A DNA stretch of 64,000 nucleotides from Adineta vaga. Lineage: Eukaryota > Animalia > Rotifera. Of this stretch, positions 12,376 through 23,324 are shown piece by piece. Within the stretch, counting starts at the first letter, position 1. Each line of letters begins with the position of its first letter. The translations under genes were made by a program, and so were the position numbers. The stretch is taken from the NCBI GenBank assembly GCA_021613535.1, contig CP075496.1, positions 3,658,001-3,722,000 on the forward strand, read 5' to 3'. The notes under the pieces are model-generated. The model saw nothing but the letters and a program-made list of their open reading frames with translations. It did no database searches and was not told where the DNA came from.

Positions 12376-13281
12376 TCATGAAACTCTCACTAACTTATGA
12401 CACGTTTTGTGTTCCCAACTATCTTCTATGTAGACAGCAGCTTCGATACTGATTGCCAAACGAATAGTTTCTCGTGGCGACAGTCTTGTATGAGAACATA
12501 TCGAAATCCATTGATGTTCGGATATGGAATATTCAATGGCCACAAACGTAATATTCCTACCAGACCAGTTGTTAAAGTGATTAGTAATAGAAAATCCCAT
12601 AGAACTTCTGCTATTCATCTATGAGAAACAATAAAATGAGTTTAATAATAGACTTTTATAATCTCGCTATATATGTATGACATCTTCAATAAAGAAACAG
12701 TTTTCGAAGTTGAGCGATTGGCATTTCGGACGAACATGTGTGTCGGGCATGAGGATGATTTCTTGTTCATCTGGAAATGTTGAAAATGCTGAAATGTCTT
12801 TACCATGAAGTGCATCGATAGCAAATATGGTACCCGTTGTATCTAAATACTTTTCAACTACCCTAAGATCTTTAGAACAAGAATTCACGCTCCACCAGAA
12901 ACACCTCGCCAAATAGTTTTATTCCTTGACGGTAATTTCTCGAGAACATTTATGAATAGTTTTAAGAAGGTAAACCATGATTTCAATGCATGTTGATTTC
13001 CATCTCGAAGAGCTTCGTTGAGACGACCAAAGAAAGGTACTGGCATTGAGTAAAGATATATTGTTGCTGACCAATTCATCTCTTATTAACAAAGTGAACT
13101 GTTGATTAAATTCATTTTTAGCTATGAACACAAAATTCATCACTTGAGAAACAAGTAAAACTAGTTTTTCTACAGCTTTTTCTTAGCGTCAATATGGGTA
13201 AGTCTTCATAACCAGATATTGGATTGCGATTAGCATCTTGAAGTTCTGAAAGAGTCTGTATACAAAACAATGATTCTCCAT
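12376..13281 (-). pseudogene. Frameshifted ADP-ribosyltransferase (ART) gene, paralog of the 17176 gene
   Basis: Fragments in different frames: SATIYLYSM..FFGRLNEALRDGNQHALKSWFTFLKLFINVLEKLPS..TIWRGV, then FWWSVNSCSKD..GTIFAIDALHGKDISAFSTFPDEQEIILMP; collinear with the intact ART domain. Confidence 0.8.
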
Positions 13282-14184
13282 AATTGTAATTTATAGTTAT
13301 TATATTGATTACAATGCATGTTGATTACACATTTACTTCTAGAAGAAAATTAGTTGAGATAAATTATGAGATTTAAATCACATTTGAGATCGCCATTATC
13401 TTCTCTATATTCTTCATAAGCAGTAGTGAACTCGAGCTCAAGTCATCGGTTATTTTTTCATCGTACAGAACTATCATTTTTATACGAATAAAATTCACTC
13501 TGATAATTCTATCATCAATGTATTTATCTTCATATCTTGTTTTTATTGAGAAGTGCACAAAAAGCCAAGTAAAAGATGCGTTTAAATATCAATGGAGTAT
13601 CCATACGGAAAATAGACAGGTATCAAGAGAAAGAATGACTATGGAAGAAAGAATCGTATTAGTTAGAATAAGATAACTTCTACTAAAAAAAAATGATATT
13701 ATTCAATTATTCACTTTTCTCTCGCTCTCTCTCTAGTTTCCCAATAGAATAAATAATTTGTAAATTTTCGGAGTATACATTAATCTTTTTTGTGATAAAA
13801 TAATTCATAACGTTACATGTATATATAGTTCAAAAAAAGTATAATCAACAATTTAGTTTCATCCAAATGATACGATTTACTTCATGAGTATATATAAATG
13901 ATATCGGATCCAACGGAAGAAAAACAACAGAGGATTGGTATATGTTTACTGCCTATCACATGTATGCAAGTATAGATTACATTTGACGTCTTGTTTTTGC
14001 AATTCGATAGAGGTAAGCATGGGTGTGGAACACAGCATGTAGTCTTCGTTTCGTTGGTCTATTTGATTTTCTCAGTGTTATTATAATGCTTTCCATCTCT
14101 AATCACACATATGTACAGTCGTACAATTTGGATATTCCTTTCATCTTGAAGATGATAATGTGACAGTGAATGAATAGCAGACAT

Positions 14185-14485
14185 ACACATTCTCATCGAA
14201 AACATCTACTGCTGTAGTCTGATAATAGACAAACATGGATTTCGTTATGTTGAACCTGAGAAGAAGCATGAAGTGAAACGATGGAAAAGAAAAACAAGGA
14301 ACGATCGTGGCTGGAGGAAATGATGAAGGTGACCAAATGATTTATCTATCTTGTAACATTGTTGATGACGAACAATCGATTTATGTTTCCGGTCGTTTAA
14401 ATCAGCATGTGATGTAATGGAGGAAAAAAGCTCGAGAAGGAAATGAATTGAATTGTAAGCTCTGATTCAGTTCGCAAATAAAAAT
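14185..14485 (+). pseudogene. Decayed NHL-repeat fragment
   Basis: Nucleotide similarity to 18325-18590 (aagcatgaagtga.acgatggaaa, gtggctggaggaaatgatgaaggtga, gaacaatcgatttatgt, aaaaaagctcgagaagg) with stops and indels. Confidence 0.8.
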
Positions 14486-14701
14486 CATCTTTATCTATTT
14501 ATCTTCTATAGGAAAACAAAGATTTTGTTTTTAAGAAACATATATTTAAAAGAATTAAAAATCTCTGAAAATGACAAAAAATGAAATAATTTCGAGAAAA
14601 GAATATTTTATTGAAAAGATACAAATGAATAAATCTCACTTACATCTAGATCATCATTAATTTGTTTTGAAAAACAGATAACTGTTTTATTAAAAGAAAT
14701 T

Positions 14702-15592
14702 TTATGAATTATAAGGCAATAAACCTTTTTCCTGCATTAGTTTCATCATCATTTGAATATCTTCCGTTTGTTTTTCGAGTGTTTCTTGTAATTGTTTAAT
14801 AATTGCATCTTGAATTTGTGTCTGTTGATCTTGTTTTTCAATAATACTTTCAAGTTGATGAATTGTCTCATTTTTCTCTTCGATTTCTTGTTCTTTCTTT
14901 TGTAGATTTGTTTTCAATTGAGTTATTTCATTTTGTATATCTGTTAAATCCGATTTCGATGATTGACTATTTGAATATGCTTGTTTTCGTTCAATGAGAA
15001 GTTCAAGTTTCTTCTTTTCACCATATGTAATCGAAAACTTTTGATAATCATTTTCATTAAAATTAACTAAATCAAAACCAGAAACACGTTCATTTTTCAA
15101 TTTATCTGCCAATGAATATAAGGTTGGATCAATTCGTAATAAATAATCGTACAATTCATCGACAGAAAATTTGTCAAGTGTTTTTGTTGAAGGTAAAGAT
15201 GCTTTGGCTTGAATATTATTAACGGATATATTCGAGAGAAATTCTATAATAACAAAAAAACAACATTATGCTTCTTATTCGTTTCCTATTTACTTGACAA
15301 ATATGATTCTCCAAGATTATTCATTTGACCAGTGTGTTGTTCTGTAAGTAAATTTGGATCCACTGATGGTGGTGGGTTGATCTGTAACATTAAATGGGAA
15401 TATAAATGATTGGAAGTCTGCTTCTTATTATTGTAACACATCAGGCATAAGTTATAATTTGGACATATTTGACATTTATAACGGTAATCGGAAAATTCAA
15501 ATGCATTACAACCATCACAACGAATACCTGGAAGAAAATGTATTTTTCTACTAAAATAAAAACTAATAAATCTTACCTATGTGTTTAGACAT
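14702..15592 (-). CDS. ZZ-type zinc finger + SAM-like domain + coiled-coil protein, 3 exons
   Basis: MSKHI|GIRCDGCNAFEFSDYRYKCQICPNYNLCLMCYNNKKQTSNHLYSHLML is a ZZ finger. FSVDELYDYL..LADKLKNERVSGFDLVNFNENDYQKFSITYGEKKKL is SAM-like. The tail is a Q/E/K heptad coiled coil. Confidence 0.8.
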
Positions 15593-16407
15593 TATGCTCT
15601 AATTTGAGTAAAAATATGAAACTATAATCTAAAATAAAAAAAAGACACTCAGAAAATTCGTCTTATTTTATGATGAATAATACAAAACAGATTGTAATGC
15701 ACTGAAATACTATGCAACGACAAACGCCATTTTATTTCATTATATATTCATCGTTTATATATTTTGTTCTATACAAAAACATGTTCGTCATCGAGAAAGA
15801 AAAAATACAAAACTATTGACGCATTGTTTTACTAAGGAAAGGAAAAAGAACAGTTACCTTGAAATGTGAGTGTGTGTATCATCCGTTTATCCACACTCTC
15901 ACCTTTCATAATCCTTCCTGTATTTTCTATTCATGTGACTGCTTTTTGCCTGTGGGAAATCAATCAACATGGATGAAGGAAAGTCTAGCATTGGTTGAAA
16001 AATCGATTACGAGAAAATGTTGTCTCTTCTGTGCCATAACTTTTGAGGAAATAGAAAGAAATGTGTGACATCTGTTGCTTTTATGATTGAGTGTAGTGAA
16101 AACAAGTTACAACTAATTTGCTTGAAAAATTTGTCGTCGTATCTCTCCTATTCGATTAAATTCCAAAAAGCCTAAAGTCGTTAAGGCTATAGAAAGTTAT
16201 TTGAGAAATATATCTTACCCATCCATACTCTCGAAGAATAAAATCTCGTATTTGTACCTAAAAATGAATAAAAACGAATAATATTCTTGTCATTTCATTT
16301 CATCTAAATCTTCTGATGATTTTTCATTTTAGTCGTACAGGTTTTGATATAGATATTTTCTGAGATGTCCTTTCTCGTATATTCTTTTTATCAATAGTTG
16401 AAATTCA

Positions 16408-16879
16408 ATGATAAATAGACTTGTCACAAATGGAAATGACGAAGAATCGAAATTAAACCAGTTGATTTATCCAACAGATATGATTATTGATCAAGAAAAT
16501 CGAAGAGTGATTCGTTGTAAAGACCAAAAGCAATGTATTATTATTACTGTAGATATTGACTATCAAGGTCTTGCATTGGATAAAAACCGATTTCTCTATG
16601 TTTTCAATATGCAGAAGTATGAAATGAGAAAATGAAAAATTGAAGAAAAAGGATACGAATTTTAACCTGATCATATTAGTTATCTTCGATTACTCTTTCG
16701 GATTTAGAAAATCATCGTGTCGTGAAATGGAAACAAGATGCTAAAGAAGGAATTGGTTATGGAAAGAATCCTCATTAATTGTCTCGTTCCACGGGTTTAT
16801 CATTTAATAATGAAGGAAACCTTTATATTGTTGATAAATAAAACGATTGAGTACTAAGATTTGATTTAATCTCTGAATG
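16408..16879 (+). pseudogene. Decayed NHL-repeat gene fragment
   Basis: LNQLIYPTDMIIDQ..RRVIR..IDYQGLALDKNRFLYV, then a stop and frameshifted remains ending tttgatttaatctctgaatga, like the intact gene's end (FDLICE*). Confidence 0.8.
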
Positions 16880-17175
16880 AGGATGTGTCTTTCTACTTTT
16901 CTTTTATAAAAATTTTATTTAATTGAATAAATGAAGAGAAAACATCATTATTTTGTTCTTTTCTCTTTTTCTTTCAAAACATTTATTCCCTATTTTTCTA
17001 AAGACTTGAAGATGTTGAGGTATGTGTTTATAATAAATACAAAGTAATTGTATGGAAAAGAAAACTAATGAAGAAAAAATGAAACGAAACAGGAAATTAG
17101 AAAAAATATTAATAACAACAAAATTTAAAGAAAAGAAAGGATGCGATTCTTTTTCTTTAATTCAAAGTTATTGTT

Positions 17176-18879
17176 ATGTCTGAGCGAATTATTCTTGAAC
17201 GATTTCTTGATGCTGACCAAGAACCAAATCAATCATTAACACCCATCAAAGGCTATGAAACTTATCCACTTGTTTCATTAAAAGAAGCCATTGAGCCAGT
17301 CAAACAATTACTTTATGATTTCGATACAATGGTTGCAATTGCAAAAAGAAATTGTAAGAAACCTAAAGATGGTTTAACACAAGATGAATCTGCTTCGATT
17401 CATTTATATACAATGCAATGGCCCCATCCTCATTCAAGTCTATTTACTCTACTAAATGAAAAACTTCGATCAAAAAATCGAAATGTTTTAACAACATGGT
17501 TTCTCTTTCTTAAACTTTTCTTCACTGCTTTATATAAACTACCATCAATGAAGCGTGTTATCTATCGTGGTGTTTGTGGAAATTTAAGTGACGAATATGA
17601 TGAAGATCATTTCTGGTGGGGAATGAGTTCATGTACTGAAACAATGAATATTATGGAAACATTTATTGGAACTGATGGTGATCGAACTATTTTTAACATT
17701 GAATGTTTAAATGGAAAATCAATTCAATCACATTCGTATTTTCAAAATGAAAATGAAATTCTTCTTCTTCCCGGAACTTATTTTCAAGTTGTTAGTAAAT
17801 GGAAAGCAGCAAAAGGATTATTTATTATTCATCTGAGAGAAAAAATTCCACCGTATCAAACATTGACATCCCCTTTTGATGTTGCTTTGTCGTCAAGAAA
17901 ATCTCTATCAAATCGTCAAATATCATCATCGAAGCTTTTGAGTAAGTCTTTTTTTTTTCGTTCACAAAAATTCAAACATTTCTTTACTTTACTTTTAGAA
18001 ATAATATTCAAACAATATGCAAAGATTGTTGCGGGTGGAAATGGAAAAGGAAAGAGATTAAATCAACTAGATTGTCCTGAAGGAATTTTTATTGATGAAA
18101 ACAAACATATTTATATTGCTGACTGGAGAAATGATCGTATTGTAGAATGGAAATCAAATGAAAAACAAGGACAGATCATTGCAGGTGGGAATGGAAACGG
18201 AGAGAGAATAGATCAATTGAATTATCCAACAGATGTGATTGTTGATCAACAAAATTATTCGATCGTCATTGCTGATCGAGATAATAGACGAGTGATTCGA
18301 TGGAAAGAACAAAAACAAGAAATCCTTATTGAAGATATCGATTGTTGGAGTTTGACAATGGATACAAAGGGATTTCTTTATGTTTCCGATGTGGAAAAGC
18401 ATGAAGTGAGACGATGGAAAACTGGAAAAGAAAAAGAAGGAACATTGGTGGCTGGAGGAAATGATGAAGGTGATCAACTGAATTATCCATCTTGTATCTT
18501 TGTTGATGATGAACAATCGATTTATGTATCTGATAATACGAATCATTGTGTGATAAAATGGAGAAAAAAAGCTCGAGAAGGAATTACTGTAGCTGGAGGA
18601 AATGGTTATGGAAAGAATCCTAATCAATTGTCTAATCCTGGAGGAGTGATTATTGATCATTTTGGTCAAGTGTATGTGGCCGATTGTGATAATCATCGAG
18701 TAATGCGTTGGTGTGAAGGTGATAGAGAAGGTGAAGTTGTCGTTGGTGGAAATGGTCAAGGAAATGAATTGAATCAATTATTTTGTCCTCGTGGCTTATC
18801 ATTTGATAATGAAGGAAATCTTTATGTTGGTGATAGTGGAAATCATCGAATTTTAAGATTCGATTTGATTTGTGAATAA
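17176..18879 (+). CDS. R-S-E class mono-ADP-ribosyltransferase domain fused to an NHL-repeat beta-propeller (probable 57-nt intron 17942-17998)
   Basis: ART motifs VIYRG, WWGMSSCT and QNENEILL; about six repeats of VAGGNGxG..LNQL..P.GI..D....YVAD..NHRV. Confidence 0.9.
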   Translation: MSERIILERFLDADQEPNQSLTPIKGYETYPLVSLKEAIEPVKQLLYDFDTMVAIAKRNCKKPKDGLTQDESASIHLYTMQWPHPHSSLFTLLNEKLRSKNRNVLTTWFLFLKLFFTALYKLPSMKRVIYRGVCGNLSDEYDEDHFWWGMSSCTETMNIMETFIGTDGDRTIFNIECLNGKSIQSHSYFQNENEILLLPGTYFQVVSKWKAAKGLFIIHLREKIPPYQTLTSPFDVALSSRKSLSNRQISSSKLLSKSFFFRSQKFKHFFTLLLEIIFKQYAKIVAGGNGKGKRLNQLDCPEGIFIDENKHIYIADWRNDRIVEWKSNEKQGQIIAGGNGNGERIDQLNYPTDVIVDQQNYSIVIADRDNRRVIRWKEQKQEILIEDIDCWSLTMDTKGFLYVSDVEKHEVRRWKTGKEKEGTLVAGGNDEGDQLNYPSCIFVDDEQSIYVSDNTNHCVIKWRKKAREGITVAGGNGYGKNPNQLSNPGGVIIDHFGQVYVADCDNHRVMRWCEGDREGEVVVGGNGQGNELNQLFCPRGLSFDNEGNLYVGDSGNHRILRFDLICE

Positions 18880-21433
18880 AAATGTGTTTAAAACAAAAAT
18901 TAAGAATAGAATAAATATGTGAAGAAATTTTATCGAATTATTCAATAAAAAAATAAATCGTTTTTTAATTTTAGCGAAAATATTCAGTTTTCTTTATTCT
19001 TTGTAAGTTTTGTAATGAGAAACGATTCATTTCTAATAGAAACTCTAATAGAAATATTTGATACTGTTCGAGATATTTTCATTGTTAACATAACATTTCT
19101 TCTTTTGGAGATTTGAAAGACCGTTCGTTTTATATCCATATCTTTATTCACGTCTATCCTCGTCATCCACACCCTCTTATTGGTAATCAAGAATGTTCAT
19201 AAAAAGTTTAAAGATCATCTTTCATCGATCAAAATCAACATCGTCATTTCTCACATAATCATTCTGATGATTCAAGCAGTCGATCATCATCATCATCGTT
19301 CATTTGTTTCTCGATTGAGTTCGACAAATATAAACAAGAAGTCTGATAATGCATCATCAAATTGTCGGCTAGTTTCTCTAATAATCATCATACGGTATGA
19401 TCTCAATGACTAGAACATCACATCTGGAAATATATTTGAACATGAACGACGATTGCTCAATATTGAATAGTCATTTATTACATAAACGAAATATGATATA
19501 AATCTCTTTATATTGAAGATGATCGATCATATGTCAACGGTGAAACTATGATGTTGAGTTTAAACATACCATGGTTATTATTAATGATCTATCTATGAAA
19601 AGAACAAGTAATGAAGAAGAAGAAGAAGAAGACCATTTTTCTTTAGATAAACAACATGTAAATATAATCAAGAATGTCGAATTTCTATTTGTTTTGTATT
19701 AATAACAAAAAGAAAGACTTGATGTTTATATAAAATGACAATTACAAGACAACAACTGTCGTTGTTTGTTTTTAGTTTGACATCATCTCGACGTGCTTGA
19801 CATAGTTTTCATATTCTTCAATGATTTATGACCACATAATGATAGCGAAAGAAAGATATTTGAAGATATAATCAATAAGATTGATTCATATTCTTTTGAT
19901 CTTCAACTAATCAAGACTTTCAATTACTTTTCGTTTCTTTCGAATAAACAGAACACTAATGAAAAAATATCTCTACTGGTGTTTATTCTAATCGTCGACA
20001 TCTGTATTTACATTGTTCTCTGAACATTCATTACACAGTCTCAGTAGAATATATGTATACGCAAGATTCAATTGAATTTTTTTGCTGGAATGTTACCCTT
20101 TTCTCTAGCTGATGTTTATATGTCTATTGATAAATAGAACAATTTTTTCCTTGAAGAACAAAGATATTTTGCCAAAATAGATGACATATTTGAAGACATT
20201 AGTTAGCTTCTTATTCTATTTCTAAATAGGTCAATATCAGTAAAGAAAATTTTTTTCTCATCAATAACTTCTTATATAGGTCATTGGCTAACAACTGTTG
20301 ATGACGGGCATTATGCCTGATTGATATGCATGCACAAACGTTTCATCACGTAGACTAAAGAAATAATAGAAGGAATGGCTCAGTAGTTCATCTTAACATG
20401 CCTTCACTTCTAATTGACTTGAAAATGGATGTTGATGAGAAAAGAAAAGCAAATGAATAGTATACATAGACAATCAACTCGACGACCGCGCCTCCTTCAG
20501 TTTTCTTTTTCCTGACTTCTTTGTGTATGTATATACATGTAGGTCTGCTTTTCATCATTTCTTTTCTCCTTCTTCCTACTTGCCATGTATATGTATAAAT
20601 CATACAGCAGTGTTGGAACATAGGATATTTTCCTATTGTATATGTATAGTAATAACGCCCCCGATTCCGTTTGTCGAATTATCCTCAAGAGGTATAAGCC
20701 AGTCAGAATGCAATGAGTATTATCCTTTTAGTTGATATATGGAAAAGAGAAAAAAATCGGATAATACAAAGAAAAGAGGAGAAGAAGAAGAAGAAGAAGA
20801 GAAAGAGAAAAAGAGAATATATATGTATATATACAATCCATCTGCCTGCATGATTCTGGTTCGCCGAGCGCAAAAGGCAACAAGACAGATTTGTGTAGCA
20901 TCACCGTTTGTTTGTGTGCTAAAAAGATTCTATTCTGGTAAGTAACCAAAACGAGCAATTTTTCTTCTTATAGATATTTGCAAAGACAAAAAGGAACTCT
21001 AAGCCAAATAAACGAGAATAAATCTATACTGACTAAGTCAAAACAGCAAAACCTATATATGATACACTTGTCGTCGTTATATTTCATATCTATATATAGT
21101 AAACACCAAAAAAAAAAATTAGCGAAATCTTTTAGTCAAGAGTTATCCTCGAAGGCAAAGATATTATCCTTTGCATGCAAATGTCAAGGAAGTCTAATCG
21201 ATAACTTTGTTCATCATTGATCAATCGAAATGATATCTTAATAATGCTTTTCTTTTTTACAAGAATTGAAAATTTTGTTTGGCTATGCGCCAAGTATAAA
21301 TTTGTTTATCATCTGGGTGGGAAACGGTCTTTGAAAAGTTTTACACTCGTATATGAGTATGTTACACAGCAACGGTATATCAACAATAACCAAACCTACC
21401 AATACCAACAGTGGTTCATCAACAAAAAAAATC

Positions 21434-22880
21434 ATGGGCAGGAAAAAAATCAATATTACACGTATTATTGACGAGCGTACTCGTCAAGTTACTTTTACAA
21501 AACGAAAATTTGGTTTAATGAAAAAAGCCTATGAATTATCTGTTTTATGTGGTTGTGAAATAGCACTAATGATCTTCAATAGCAATGATCGATTATTTCA
21601 ATATGCATCGTCGGACATGGATAAAGTCCTTTTAAAATATGCCGATTATAATGAACCACATGAATCATGTACTAATGTCGATATAATCGATGTAAGTTTA
21701 CAGAATATCGTAAAAAGAATTATTCATTCTCTGTTTTTATTGAAGATTTTAAATAAAAAAATCAAACCGACACAAATGAACATTTCGAATACAAATGAAG
21801 ATCATCAACTTATGGATCAAAATGATGACAATAGTGGTGAACAAACAGACAGTGGAATTAGTAGTACATTTACAAATGATATCGAACAAATGTTTGCTGA
21901 CACGGTTAATAATGTAAATATAAAATTTCACCTTTTATTATTATTGTAGAAAATTATTCTTAATCTTTGGATTTTAGTTTCTTGTGAATAGCAATTTAAA
22001 TTGTTCTTCAAGCAATGGACATGATTTAACATTCCTCAACAATACAAATACTACTGTTCTACCCGATTTTCAATATTTAACATCACCATCAAGTGAACAA
22101 CAATTGACGCCACCACCTTCACTAGGAACAACAACAACGAATCACATTCCCATTTATCCTATTCCGAAATCTGTTGATTGTAATCAGTATGGAAATAACA
22201 TTACCAATAATAATCATTCGAATATAAATCATGTAAAGAAAATTTCTTCGAAAAGAAAAAAAAGATTTGATATATCTCTGATTTTCCTAGATGAAACAAC
22301 AGCCAACAATGAACAGTTTTACAACTCAACAACCAATAACGAATATTGGTCGAATTATGACTGGTTTGTATTGCAATCAAGAAGATTAACTTATACTTAC
22401 GATGTTTGTTGTAGTTGGTCCGGATATGAGCGTTTCTGCTATTGATATCAGTGCACTTGCATCACAATTAACGTCGAATTTCTTAGCATCACTAACTAAT
22501 GCTGCTGTTGTAACAAATAATAACAATTCAACATCAAATTTACCAATCAAGTACCACAAAAGAAAATCTATGCTTCTCATTTATATTGATCGTCTTCTTT
22601 TTTTAGTATAATAAATCGTGATTGTCAAACAACAAATGTCGGGTCAGCTCAAACAATCATGTTAACAAACAGTCCGAATTCAATTATTCTTACCGGCCAG
22701 CAACAACAACAACAGCAGCAGCAGCAGCAACAACAACAACAACAACAACCAATGAATCGAAATCTAATTAAGCAAGAACAACTCGTCTACACGACAACAG
22801 CACCAATACAGACAAATATGGGTCGAAATGAGTTGTGTTATGAGCCAACGAGTTCTAAACCAACTCGTTTATGGCAATAA
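21434..22880 (+). CDS. MEF2: Myocyte enhancer factor 2 (MADS box + MEF2 domain); an in-frame upstream ATG exists at 21353
   Basis: [78 protein letters not shown]; downstream low-complexity and polyQ exons. C-terminal exon structure is approximate. Confidence 0.95.
22699..22748 (+). repeat. CAA/CAG trinucleotide repeat encoding polyglutamine in MEF2
   Basis: cagcaacaacaacaacagcagcagcagcagcaacaacaacaacaacaacaa. Confidence 0.9.
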
Positions 22881-23324
22881 AACATTTCCATCAATTATTA
22901 ATTCCGTTAAATATAAAAAGACATTTTCCAAAACATATTTAATAAAACACTTCTAAACATACACATAAAGAGTTCCTTTGTTCTTTCCTAATTCCGTCAA
23001 CCGTTCCTTCATTTTGCTTGTTTTTTAAATATAACCTCAATAATACCTTGATGAATTTTTTTCTTTTCTTTTTTTCGCTTTTTAATCTATTCCGACACAC
23101 ACACACACATTATCTATTTTCATTTTGTTCAATTCTTCTTTTGTCTTGTCGTTTTATGCATATATAAGTTATACGTACATACACACATATACATATATAT
23201 TTTAGAAAAATTCAAGTTTTCTCTTGTAAATTATCTGTTTGAAAGAAAGAAAAAATAGTTAGTTAGATTAAAAAAAAAATAATAATACATAGACAAAGGA
23301 AATATTTCACAAAACTAATGTTAT

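Noticed and set aside
18154-18777. 207-aa minus-strand ORF
   Set aside because: Antisense shadow of the NHL repeats with biased Ile/Ser/Phe composition
18984-19560. Coding-looking stretch downstream of the ART-NHL gene
   Set aside because: Only short ORFs on either strand, with no coherent splice model or recognisable motif
20388-21220. Cluster of 60-80 aa ORFs upstream of MEF2
   Set aside because: Low-complexity purine/pyrimidine tracts of regulatory or UTR sequence; no protein signal
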